A stretch of DNA of 64,000 nt from contig OZ365111.1 in assembly GCA_977030845.1 (NCBI GenBank), forward strand, positions 45,446,001 through 45,510,000. The letters are read 5' to 3'. The translations under genes were made by a program, and so were the position numbers. The stretch comes from Fimbriosthenelais zetlandica. Lineage: Eukaryota. Shown here piece by piece: positions 26,810-39,200 of this stretch. The notes beneath the pieces were generated by a model that ran no database searches, was not told the origin of the DNA, and saw only the letters and a program-made list of their open reading frames with translations. Each line of letters starts with the position of its first letter. The stretch's first letter is position 1.

Positions 26810-27148
26810 TTTTTTTTTTGGTGAGTTAGTCTTAGTCAACCGGATCCATTCACCCTGGCATATCAACCCTGGCAAGGCTACACACTTGATAACCAACTGA
26901 TCACTGTGGCGAATTGCTCCATGGCCGTACACACATATGATCAGTGCAAGTGTTCCACCTTTACGGATTGAACGCGGGCCCACGCAAATCAAGCTATGAT
27001 CAGAACGTGGGAGACTTCACCAGTCTTTCACTTGAAACTTACAGACGGGACCACTACCATGGCTGTTGTGGGGATTCGAACCCACGAGTCTGTTAAAACT
27101 TACATCAGACTACCAGCGCCCTTGACCACTGGGCCAACGAGAACAGCC
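26810..27148 (-). mobile_element. tRNA-derived SINE (~339 bp) with poly(A) tail
   Basis: Minus strand: A-box TGGCCCAGTGG (27126-27136), B-box GGTTCGAATCC (27072-27082), acceptor-like stem GGCTGTT/AACAGCC, D-stem GCCC/GGGC, ~250-bp body and A10 tail (T run 26810-26819). No intact anticodon arm; no TSD seen. Confidence 0.8.
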
Positions 27149-27347
27149 GTTAGAGGTAGTAAACCAAATGGTAATATTTCCAGAACCTCCCCAACCACGG
27201 AGGTTGATTATTCTACTGACCAGACACATTCAGCTGATACATTCGGTAGTTTTTAAAAGTTTTAAATTATGAATTGATATTAAATATATTTTCCTTTTCA
27301 CCGTCGCTTCTCATGTACCACAATTTGTTGAACACCAACAGATCCAA

Positions 27348-27428
27348 GCAGTCAGTGGCCGAATGGTTAAAGAGATGAACTCTCAATACGAGGGGCATGT
27401 CAAACTAGCTTCGATTCCTGCCATGTTC
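27348..27428 (+). pseudogene. Degenerate tRNA-Ser-like sequence (pseudogene or SINE head)
   Basis: GCAGTCAGTGGCCGAATGGTTAAAGAGATGAACT...TTCGATTCCTGCC aligns with metazoan tRNA-Ser (GTAGTCGTGGCCGAGTGGTTAAGGCGATGGACT...TTCGAATCCTGCC). The anticodon stem does not pair; a T7 run follows near 27439-27445. Confidence 0.55.
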
Positions 27429-30189
27429 CGCGTTTTCGCTTTTTTTCCAACTGCTTATTTATTCTAACTCCCTTAATTACTTGTATATTGTAAGGTGCCA
27501 TTTAGAGTAGTACAAGAACATGGGTTCGAATCCCAACAAGGTCATAATTTTTCTCTTTCAAACCAAATCCCCTCTTCTAACTCCCAAGCACGTTTTTTCA
27601 CCTAAAGTGAGCCCCAGACCAACATCTAATTCAGGTAATATATTTCGAGAGAAAAAACCTATGTCCTTACGTTTAGGCCTACTATGTTCATCTAGGTTAA
27701 AATCTCCTATCAACATGATTTTGCTCATTAGTAAATAATTCATCTCCTCCATTAAACTATATATTCATAAGACTATAAAGTTATTCTGGAAGTGTTTGAT
27801 GGGCCACATCATCAGCCTTGTTTGACTGGGCCAGACTTTCGACATGTAAAACCTTTGGACATTAGACACATTAGTCCATTCGCATGAGATTGGAGGGTAT
27901 GCTACAGAATGTGCGGTGTCAATAATGGAATATAGACGATTTTTTATGATAGATTATCGAAGAAAATATAAATATCGAAGAAAATCTATATCACTAAAAA
28001 TACGTATTTCTTACTCCTTGGCGTATTAAAATTCTACAACTTGAAAAGCAACCATGAAATTGTATAAGTAACAGTCATTACTAAGTAAAATACATATTAC
28101 TGTAAATAGAAGTTAAAGCTTAAAAATCTGTTCAGGACACTGTTTCAAAACGAATAGTTACCATAGACTTAGCATTGCTCATAATTTCTATTGAAACGTG
28201 ACCCAGATGTTAGCGTGACTACCATCTCACATCTGTCTTCTATTCCTATCAACACGCTTCCTCTTCCACCATTATAGAATGCCTGCTTTATATAATACCA
28301 CTATCTTTGATAATACTATTCAACATGTCCCTTTCCAGTATAGTTGTCCCCACCAAACCATACATCCTATATTTTCTTTCCTTCTGAAGGTCTCCACAGG
28401 ATCTCTTCACCCCCCACTTCCTATCCTCCTCAGCAACCACGAAAGGCATTTCCTCTCTGGACTCTGGCTTCCATTTATCAAAGGAAGCAATACCTTTTAC
28501 CTGCTTTTTAAACTAATTGCTTGCATAATGCCCCTTGAGATCACTTTCATTCTGTTGAACAGCCTTTAGTTCTATAATACATAGACTAAAGCAAGACTAT
28601 TACACATAACCAATTGAGCATCGTATTGTTGTCACTATGCATGGAAAATGTATTCTGTTTCATAAATCAGACTGATCTAGTTACAATGCACTGAGCCACA
28701 CCGCCGTGTACATGCAATGTGTCTAATTTCATGAACTGAATTCGAATGATTTCTTTTGGTTTCTTTATTACTGCATCCAATGGAAAGTTGTATCCCTTTA
28801 AGCTTTCCCTTTGTAACAAACAAGTGTGAAATACCAGTCAATATGATAGCCCACCTTGTAAGCCCATCCCGGTCTCCTACTTATCAAAAGCTATCACCTC
28901 CTCTGTCTTTTCTTGTCTGCCAGGCCTCGAGAAGAAGAAGAAGAAAGCATTGACCTGTTTTTGGAAAACAATTTCCCTCCCACTGGCAGCGTTGATAATT
29001 ATGTGTTTCCTCAGAGCTTGTAACAATTAACCATATGGCCACAGCACAAGGGGTCTGCTTGGCTGGCCGAGGGTGCAACTGAGATAAGCGCTGAACCTTC
29101 GCTGACGACATTCCATTCTCCCTCTCCCTTTTACCGAAACATGTTAAGAGTAATAGTAGTTAAGATGAATCTTCTTACATTACTTTGGGCTGGCATGATG
29201 CAGGCAAGGAAGAAGTGACTGTAGGTACCCCCTATTAGCCCCACTACTGCAAGAAAAGTACCTCAGCTATCTATCTTATATGAATGAAGTTTGGAAGTAG
29301 TATGCTGAAAGGTATAGCCTGGATCCATGTGGGCAGACAATGGGGGTATACCCTACTGAGTGACAGGGCTAGAACTCCTTCACGGTTAAGGGCAGGACTT
29401 CATCAAATCTATCTTCTCAATGAAGGGCCATATGGGTGGTCATGATCTCATCCACGCCGCATTCACAAATTGTCTGTGGATAATAATTGATTGTGGTCAT
29501 AATGAAGGACCAATCATAATAATGTCATTATGAAATCAATCATTTTTAGAATGTAAAGGGGAATGAACATCCTTGTCCTCGGAAAACATACAGCTCCCAG
29601 TCTCTGTATACCATACTGACAAGTAACAGTAATAGATCTGCAGAATGATTCTCGAGAGACCAAATCTGCAACTCTTCTCGAAGGGAAGGGATATGTTCCC
29701 ATGGGTGGACCCTTATTGTTGAAAAGAACATGGATGACATGTTCATAGGATGGAAGCTGTCAGTGCGTACGGTCCCACTTGGCACCTAAATCTTTGTCCT
29801 CCACTCCCTATTCACTGGACCTCATAAAATGCTGCCACTTACGATAATATTCAGATCGCAGACCCTGAAGCTTTAGGTGACATGCAATGTAGGCAATATT
29901 TCCACCTTGGGGAGTATCTCTCTTACAATGAAGTCTTGCAGGATTACTGCATACATCATGGGAAACCAACATAAGGATGGTGATAATTCTCTTCCAACAA
30001 ATGATTATAGTGGGTGTCAAGAGTGTAATTTATATATTTTTAGAACAGAAGTGTCGTTGTGAGATCATGTTATATTGCTTTATGTTCAAAAAGATAATCC
30101 GGGGATTTTTAAGGCTTATAATGACAAATTTTTTTTATTCGAAGACAAATTCGAACGATTTTTAAGCAGTTCATCGGCACATCAGCTAG

Positions 30190-30237
30190 GGGCCTGTTCC
30201 ATAGCCGTAGGCTAAAGCAGTGTTTTGAAACAAGTCC
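30190..30237. mobile_element. 48-bp micro-MITE of the CWG-flanked family
   Basis: TAG|GGGCCTGTTCCA...TGAAACAAGTCC|CAG; the body matches the reverse complement of 43184-43230. Confidence 0.6.
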
Positions 30238-30513
30238 CAGGTAATGGTTACCCACCACATCCACAGTTTAAAAAATAATCAAGTAAGAATGTTTCACAAT
30301 AAATTAGACCGGTTAATAAGAGAAATACCCTGCCAGATATGCTCTTCAAGCCTGGAGTGTGAATGACACTAATCAGGGTCTTGTTTTAACATGAATAATA
30401 GCTGGGACTGAAAAAACAGTATGTGTGTTAGAAGTGGGTGATGGAGGGGAGTTAAAACAGCATTTTTTGTTAATGATACATGACAACTGACTCTGCTTCT
30501 CCTTTTTTTCCAG

Positions 30514-30834
30514 TGTTCATACCAACCCACTTGCCTGCGTGAAAGCAAGGATAATGACAAAGAGGTGCAGCAATACATTTCTGAGTGGGGCACCGCCGGA
30601 AGGTCCTTCGACTGTCTGCACAACCCATCAAGGGATGACGAAGTAGTGCGAGCGGTGAGGGGTGACACACGACTGGTGCTACATTTGTTGCTCTGGCCAT
30701 TGCTTGTGCTAATATTATCTGGACTTGGATTCACCTTACCTTATATCATATGTGGCTGCCGTCACATATGTGACAAAAAGCCGGCCGGGAGCGTCGCCGT
30801 GCCACAGGCCGAGAATGCTGCACAAAAGGTATAA
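30514..30834 (+). CDS. KCNMB-like: BK channel beta-subunit-like protein, coding exon 2 (106 aa plus stop: rest of loop, TM2, C-terminal tail)
   Basis: Acceptor CCTTTTTTTCCAG| at 30513. Reads CSYQPTC...WGTAGRSFDCLHNPSRDDEVV...VLHLLLWP. Joining K|CSYQPTC recreates the family motif KCSYxPxC, and the joined loop has 8 Cys as in beta2-beta4. Confidence 0.9.
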   Translation, partial: CSYQPTCLRESKDNDKEVQQYISEWGTAGRSFDCLHNPSRDDEVVRAVRGDTRLVLHLLLWPLLVLILSGLGFTLPYIICGCRHICDKKPAGSVAVPQAENAAQKV

Positions 30835-33800
30835 TGGTCATCAGAGGCAGAGGAGAAGGTAGGGTCAGCCCTGACAAAGGCCACCCCGACACAGCATCCA
30901 TCATCTCTTGTGACATCTTTCCTGTGAATTACAGGCCAGGCTAAAGGTCCCCCCACAAGGTACAGGGGCTCTCATTCCATGGCCCTCTCATATCGCCTCC
31001 TCCACTGAGGACATAGCCATAGAACAATCTAGAATAAGATCATAATCTAGATCAATTTCATTGTAGACATGCATATATATGTGCATTAAGGGAATTGCTC
31101 ATTACCAATGTTTTTCTCTCTCATGGCTTCCTTTTTATGGCTTCTGGAACGGGTGGCTAATGAGGCACACCTCTGGACTTGTGCAAGCACTCGGACACTT
31201 TAATGTGCAACAATGACAAATGAGAAGAAAAGCGCTGAATGTGCGGGATGGTTTTTCACAGTCGGCTTTCAGAGGGAGCTCTGCTGGTGCTATTTGGCTG
31301 CGGGATAGTCTCTAAGGCTTATGTCCCTCATACCTGTTCTTGCTGCATGAACTTATGCTGACTCGACATTTTCATTTGAGCAACCGCATTGCTGATATAA
31401 CATAAGCACAAGTGGGTTCTGCAAAAGCCTCATCTTTAGTGTTAACTGAGAGAAAGGATGTGGTGCAGCTTGACGAAACAGGAAGAAAAAGCAGGGCCAT
31501 GTTAATTGCAGGGTGTTATCCTTTAAATAAATGGCTACGGGCATGCAATTCGTCCATGGATTCCAGGGGCTGGCCAAAGCCCTCTTACCTGAAGCTGATA
31601 TCGACCAATCAACATCGTTTCCATCTGATTACCATCAAAAGTGTCAATTATTTCCATGGGTTTAGATGCACACTAGACAAACCGATTGGAATTGGGGGTA
31701 GAAAAATGTAGTTTTAATTGATGCCCTTTACATGTGTACATCACAACTCTATTCAAAAGCTGATAAGAATATATTATGTTTAGCATGCTATGGACTTTAG
31801 ATATAAGTAATTTATTATTTAGTTATTTATTTCTGTAATTGCGTTCACTCTTTAACTGTTTGCTACATCTATATTGTATGGAGCATTATCGTACGTTGTA
31901 CATGGGTCTGATCTTGTAGGGGTTCCCATTGACAGGTACAGTGTAACAGTCACCATAAGTGACATGTCTTTGATAACTGATCTTTGATACTCATTTAATT
32001 TGAGAACAGGGTCTATAGATTGGAGGTTATTGAAGAAATATCATTCCTTGAGGTATTTTACATGATTGCAATTTTACGTTCAGTTTCCTCCAATTTACAC
32101 ATCCCTGTCACAAAGCAATCAAGTTTTCTGTTGTATTTCTCAATCAAATTTGTGATTCCAATGTGGAATATGTATCATCTATTCATACGATGTAAATCAT
32201 TTTTATCTGTTTCAACCTTTCCGCAAGATGGCACTTTTTTGACGTGCACCGATAAAAGGTATGCATTATATGAGTATGCGTTATTGGAGGGATCAAGGAA
32301 ATACTGTATTTCTAATAGTTAAGCAATTTCATCCGTAGAAGTTCCAGCTTGTTACATTGATATCCAGAGAAAACAAACTTCCTTTTATAACGTAATAATG
32401 CTAGTAGGAAAATAACGTGTTGAGGTTTACTGGGCCAACCAATTGACTAGTATGTTGTCTAAAATATATTATAGATATTTTACAATAATATTAACAAGAA
32501 ACATTTGGTACAAGAGGCTACATGCAGTTGAATAGGCTGTTGTACGATCAATATATAAAATAGTTGTCTGAAAAATATTGTACATATATGATAGAATCGA
32601 TAGGCTTGACATGTTGACCAGAATGTATAGTATTTTTGTAGTAACTTTGAAGTCTTGGATGCAATGTGTCATAATTCAGAAATGAAACTATAGCAATGTT
32701 GTAGCCTGAGGCAAAGCAAAAATGTTCTAGTTCGAAAAGTATGTATGAAAACGTTCACAAATTGCATCCATTTACGAACGAGGAGAGAGTCCTCTAACAT
32801 ACATGAATATTTCTCGGGCCTTTTTCATGACCATAATAGGGCTATGAGCTCATGCATGCAGTACAAATGCCATCTGAAATGCTCCTGCATGGAGCCAGTT
32901 CCAGAAATGACATATCCACTACTATGGGCTAACATAAGCAATTTAATGTAGTGCAAGTGAATCAGACCCTTCGTACTTGCAATTGTACGGCTAAATACAC
33001 ATTCGTACTGCAGTGCTTGGACAGGAGGACTTTAGAGCATTTTATGACAATAATTTTAAATATACTTGCCATAAGTAGACATGTACATTGGCCTTTTAGC
33101 CTGTGAGATGTTGTGTAAGTCAATATAATTTTTGTGATAAGAAGTAAACGGGAGAAAGTTGTATATTTGACATAAGTAAACTGATACCCACTGCCCGATC
33201 ATGCCGAAGTCAAAACACACTGCAAGCAAGGGTTTCTTAGTGATATTACTTTTATAGAAAATAGGCAATATATTATAACATTATCAAATTTATGAAAAAT
33301 ATTGATGAATTTAATATACATGTTTCCGATGTTTCAAATATATATACATGTATGCACACATGACTTCCTTGGATAATGAATACGATGGTTGACGGATACA
33401 TATCAGAAAATTTACTACACAAGCATCATGTCAAAAAATAAGTATAATAACTATTATGCATCCAAACATGCATTTAATTAACCGGGCTAAACTTATAGAT
33501 AATCACATGTTTGACATATAGGCAGGTCAGATTGTCTCCGTGAGACAGGGTGCCTGTTTCGGAAAAGAACTACATAAATGTATCAATGCTAATTCTATCG
33601 ATAATATATACGTTTTAAAATGGGATCCTGATATTTATGTTGTGAATTTCGGTTATTTTATTCATTTTAAAGAGAGTACAAGTTGAGGAATAATAGTTTA
33701 CAGCCCGATGGCAGCGAAAAAGCTGTCCTGTCATTGTCATTGGTAATTCTTACAGTATTATGATCTTATAGTTTGAATATTAATGCATTTTAAACATTAT

Positions 33801-35044
33801 ATAAACAATAAGTCTTTGTGTACCAGAGGATTTCATATTAAATGTATATACCTCTTGAAAAACAAGTAAGTATCTGTGAATGTGTATATAATTATGGTCT
33901 GCTGGTTAGGTTATGACCAGTCATATTAAGTTTTAGTCATCTTCAATTATACAATATATTGGTCCTATAATAGGTTTTTGTAAAAAACATAATTGTTATT
34001 TAAAAGATATTCAAGAGCTAAAATATAGGATGTAAAGTTATATATATTTGTGTACTCTCTGGCTTCATAAGAAAGATAAACTACATGAAATTCATTGTGT
34101 AGGACATAGGATGTTATTACCATCACTATTGAGATATTAGTTTTTTGGGACAGAGTTGGCCTTGCAGGATTCATGGTCTTACAAGTTAAAAAATCTCTAT
34201 CCAGTCTAATAGTAGGACCCTAATTCACTATTGATATATTTTTGCAGCTAAAGCTACTTTTACGGCATAGGGATGAAGTCATTCCTTCGAATGTGATAGT
34301 GGTTGAAAAATCCGGAGAAAAAAAACGATAGTCATATCATTAAAGTTTTTGGTTAATATAAGAAGTTTCTTTAACCTTCTGATTAAGCTATTTTTAATCA
34401 ATTTGGATTTACCTCCGGTTTGAATGACACTGACCGAAATTAATACAAATCTACAACAGATGCAGAAAGAGATAATATTCGAGAATCAAAGAGATAAGGT
34501 GGACTTCCAGAATTGAGTTTGACATGGATTTATGAGCATTTAATAGCCATGGTGGCTTGAAGTAGATTTGTGAATTTGGGTATAAAATGAAGGCATTTAT
34601 TTGGTTATTATTAGAAATTGTCAAAAAGAGCTATATATAACTGTTTTACTCCATTTTGTATGAGACATGTGCATAATATCAACTACATATATACATGTGT
34701 AATTATTTTAGTAAATGTTTTAGGATGTGCAATATTATATAATGTGAATACTCCAATTTAAAAAAAGCAATCAGTGAGAAATACCTTGTAAACTAGTGGC
34801 TATTACTTGTTGTCACGCCTCTTAACGCCATGATGGCAAAATGAGATAGTTTACATTGTATGAGTGTTTAATGTAAAAGAAAAGAAAACTGATCAATAAA
34901 TATTCAGAACAAGTCTTTGCTGATTTCAAGTTGTCCTGTAAAGGGTACTCCATTAGGGCTGTTTTTAATCATAGATGTGGCTCGACATGCCACAGACGTA
35001 ATGTCAAGACATTCCCGCAGTTACCGCAAGTGCCACCGCATCTG

Positions 35045-35114
35045 GGGCCTGTTTCAGCAGAAGAATCATTAGCAATGCTAAGTCTATGGGAAATTTTTAC
35101 GCTGAAACGGGCCC
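35045..35114. mobile_element. 70-bp MITE with identical CTG flanks
   Basis: CTG|GGGCCTGTTTCAGC ... GCTGAAACGGGCCC|CTG; 14-bp TIR with 1 mismatch. Confidence 0.8.
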
Positions 35115-35504
35115 CTGCACTGTGGCGCTGAAGTTAGCCACAAGGGCTAGTCATAAAAAAACGCAATACCCACAAGGAATAAAATTCACTGAAGCTACCC
35201 CATTAACAAACCTTGCAACATGTCCCAGTTAGTCGCTTGCAACATGTCTGCGGTAAGTCGCAATACACGTCTACGTATAGACATGTCTACATGGTTACAG
35301 TTAGACATGTCTACATGGTTAGACACAGTACACAGGTACCTTTATCACGGATACAAAGCATACCACATTATACACTGCATTAACACATTAGCATTAGGAC
35401 TCGAGCCCATTGGACATGAATGGCCCTGTTCTGTGACAGACACGCGGTACAATAGCCTATAGTAAGTCTATGGGCTGATATAGCACATGTTTCTCAGGTC
35501 CCTG

Positions 35505-35571
35505 GATCCCATTTCAAAGGGAATATTAGCCAAAGACTTAGCTTTGCTAATATTCCTTTTGAAACGGGCTC
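35505..35571. mobile_element. 67-bp hairpin MITE with identical CTG flanks
   Basis: CTG|GATCCCATTTCAAAGGGAATATTAGC ... GCTAATATTCCTTTTGAAACGGGCTC|CTG; 26-bp arms with 3 mismatches. Confidence 0.75.
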
Positions 35572-36190
35572 CTGAAGTCGCTGCTCAATCTGCTTCACCC
35601 TATAAATCTAAATAAATTAATATAAAACCCTATAGAACGTAAAAAGTGAAATAGCCGTGCATGGTGAGCCACAGGCAATTACAATCTGGAAATATCTCAT
35701 AACATTAAGGCACATAGGAGCCATGCATTAATTGATACAAGCAGGACTACACTGTTCATTTAACACCAGATAGCCCACTGTTTTAATCAGTACCGATGGT
35801 GATACACCAAATGGCTTGTTAAGAAACTATGTTGTTTAGTACCAAGCCACAGCCAAACATCTAAAATCAAGGTACTTAATAAGGCATTGGTAATACCATA
35901 TAAAATATATACAGGGCTTTTTTGATATTCCAAACAAGCAGCAAAAGAGGCGGCAGCTCCGTACTTCACCAATGTATCCCCTGAGGCGACAACAGGCTCA
36001 GCTGGAAACCATCAAACATGTTAATTAGTGCCGCGACAATGTCACATAAACATTGTCAGAAATTGGTGCCTGCATGCAAAAGACTTCCTTTATATAAGCA
36101 TGTTTTTATACTAAGGGCAATCAGAACTGGCATACTGCTAGTAATGATATCATCAGAGATATGATAATTAAGGAACAGAACAGAGGACTG

Positions 36191-36269
36191 GGGCCTGTTT
36201 GATAACAATGATGAGCTTATGCTTAACCGTTGGATGTATAAATGTATATTCCTGTACTAAAACAGGTTC
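36191..36269. mobile_element. 79-bp degenerate MITE with identical CTG flanks
   Basis: CTG|GGGCCTGTTTGA ... AAAACAGGTTC|CTG. Confidence 0.55.
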
Positions 36270-39200
36270 CTGGTGTCTGTTTCAAACCGAAAATTGGCCA
36301 CATCATCGGCGATCATTGCACCAAATGCTAAACCATTAAATACTGTGCAATAACAGAGCTTAGTATTGCTTTTGGAATGGTCTCCTTTAGTCTGGTAACG
36401 GACATGATCTTCAAAGGTCCAAGTCTCTTAAAGGGCCAGGTTTTCACTATTTGGTGTGGACATCACATTAGAATGCTTGTGGACCCGGCTCCCATGACTA
36501 CTCACTTCCTGCCTCCTCGACAACCTCCGGATCCAATCAATATAAACATATGACAGACGTAGAGGTACTTTTTTCCAAATCTGACTAAAAGTCTTATTTA
36601 AAATAAACCACCAACTGAACTTTTAGGGGCGTCTCATGACAGGTTAATGGAGCACAAAGTCTTCAGCCTTCTTATTTTACAAAATATGCCTGTCATGCAG
36701 ACCCCACTTGGCCGGGCCAATGCCCTAAGCACATCACTGCTTGGCAAATAAAAAACCATGACGTTTCCTTTTAGCCTGTCTCGGCCGGAACTTCACTTGA
36801 GCGAGTCACTTCCTAGACAAGACCCTTCTCCTTGTCAATGGTGCCCAACCTCCCAATCTCTTGCATCTTAATCACCATTCCCCAATGAGAAATGAGTGCA
36901 AAAGTAGAATAAGCAAGCGATCCTATTCAGGCTGATGAGCTAGGCAACTCGGCCGAACACATCAAGGTCTTGAACTTGGTAGTCCAAGGTTAGAACACCC
37001 CAACGTGCAGCAATGGTTCTCGTAGACCTATTTTTACTCTCAAGGTTGTCATTTATATTATGAAACACAAGTCTATAACTCAATGGGTGATATAGGTGGT
37101 TCTGCAATTGCTGAAGCCTTTAAGTAAAAAAAAAATATAAAGGTATGGTATATAATAATTGCATCGGTATGTCTGAAATAAATGCATTGTCTGCAGTACA
37201 GATGTTGGTCCACTCTGAATTTAATGCTTTCATATATGAAGCTCTGAACATCAAACAAGCTTTGAAGTTAATCTATGACCCACGGGAAACAAGCCTTTCT
37301 GATTATCTCCCCGATTTATGAAGCCTATTTCTATATTTGGAAAGAAAAACAAGCAGCTTCTGATTTCTATCAGGGCTCTTCTTGCATGCACTCTGATTGA
37401 CAATAACCCTTTAGACTACCTTGATAAGCTTTCAGATTCATTCCTCGGTATGAAAGCTTCAATTCAGTGATCATCAACAAAATTGGAATCAGAGATTCTT
37501 ATTAGGAGATCTTAAAGGCCTTGGATTCTTCGCTTTAATTGTCAACGTTGAAAGCAGTGGAACGTTGCAAATATTTTGCAAAAGAATTTCGTTAAATTGA
37601 TTATTGAAACCAGTGTCGCTTTTAATCGAAATGGGAGATGAAGGGAGATAGATAGATAGTTTGGGAGAGCAGCTGGTGGCCCGAGTGAATGCCAATGAAA
37701 GAATGATACCTTACACTGTCCAGGGATAAAATGACCAGGAAACTGAGCATGATGAATTTCCGGTCCAGGGTCGAGGCAAAGTTGAAACTTGTCTTGCTTG
37801 TTGCAAGCATCATTTCAGTTGCCTCATTGACCCAAGTTTACATGCTTTCACCCATCCCTTGACGAACAAGAAGGACATAAATAGGAAACGGATGGAGGAA
37901 AGTAGGAGTTTTGGGACGATTCATGAAAAGCAGAATACAGTACGTAGGATGATTGCAGCCCTACGAAAGTAAATTGGATTTCTGCGAGCTTCGTACAATG
38001 CACACCCTCTTCGGAAACGAGGTATCACGGTAGTCTCGTCATCTGCGAAGTCTCATACATTCGTCGCCGATGATTTTCCGGCGATACTGCGGGTATTATA
38101 GCTTAATTAAACCACAAAAAAAAGAAGGAAACAGTAGGAGAAAGTAGAAGGAAGGCCAAGAAGGTAGGAAGAGTAATTTGAGAGTCGATCTGCATTAATT
38201 ACAGAAAGAAACCACCTATAAATCAATCCTCTAAATCAATCCAAGAATATCGATGTGAGAGCAATTATCTGATTCCATGATACATGAAATTATATCCAAA
38301 TTTGAAGAAATTCCGATGGGAACAAATATTCCTCAGTAGGAAATTGGCCTTTCGAAGAATTCCAATCAACAATTGATGGATAACATAAACAGGACCCTTA
38401 TGGATTCATTAGTCATTTAATTAATGTTATCATCATCTGTCTTCAATTAGAAAAACGAGTAAAATGAAAAGTAACTCGCCAGACGCTAGGATTCTAAATA
38501 CTTGGGAGTCTTAATGACTAGTTTGAGCGATGGAGAAATGTTTCTTGAAAATTGGGCATGCAGGTGGAATCTGCTTAATCAAGGAGATAATTCGGCTTGG
38601 TAAAGAATCTCGGTTATTTACTGGTAAATAACAGCGATAAAATCGTTAAAATAATACAAGAATCATAAAAGAAATAACCAGAAAAATCCGAACATAACTC
38701 TTATATATAATTTATATGCCGAGAGTATTCAGTCATAGATATCATAGCAGAGTATTGGAACCCATATTGGAAGTGGCAGGAATCCAAACAGAAAAGAATG
38801 ATCCATGACTTTCCCCATCGCCCCTGGCCAATCCTTCATTGGCTTTGGATTCCAATGCATTAACTTGCAGCCTCTACAATGCATCTATCTGAATTCAACA
38901 AATCCTGCCATGGGCCTTTTTACATCGCTCAATCTCCAGGCATGATGCTGAATTCAGTGTGTTTTCTTTATCCATTAACATGGGCTGCTTATGGCATGCA
39001 TTTCTTAAATAAAACTGTTCACTTTAAGGACTTTTTCTCTGAGGGTAAAATTCTGATCAAATTATCCCCGAGCCAAAAACAGTCAACGACAAATCTTGCC
39101 AAGTGAGATGGCTGTAGGCGATCGACCAGGACACCGTTGTAAATCATTGTTCAGCATAATATGCTCTGACAGAAATTGTTACAGTGCCATCAATTGTCAT

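Noticed and set aside
36926-36974. Hammerhead-like core: CTGATGAG, a GCAA-capped stem, CGAAC, then GTC
   Set aside because: The core lacks one A of GAAA, has an extra C after stem II, stem III has only 2 bp, and stem I is out of register with the cleavage triplet. At best a dead remnant.
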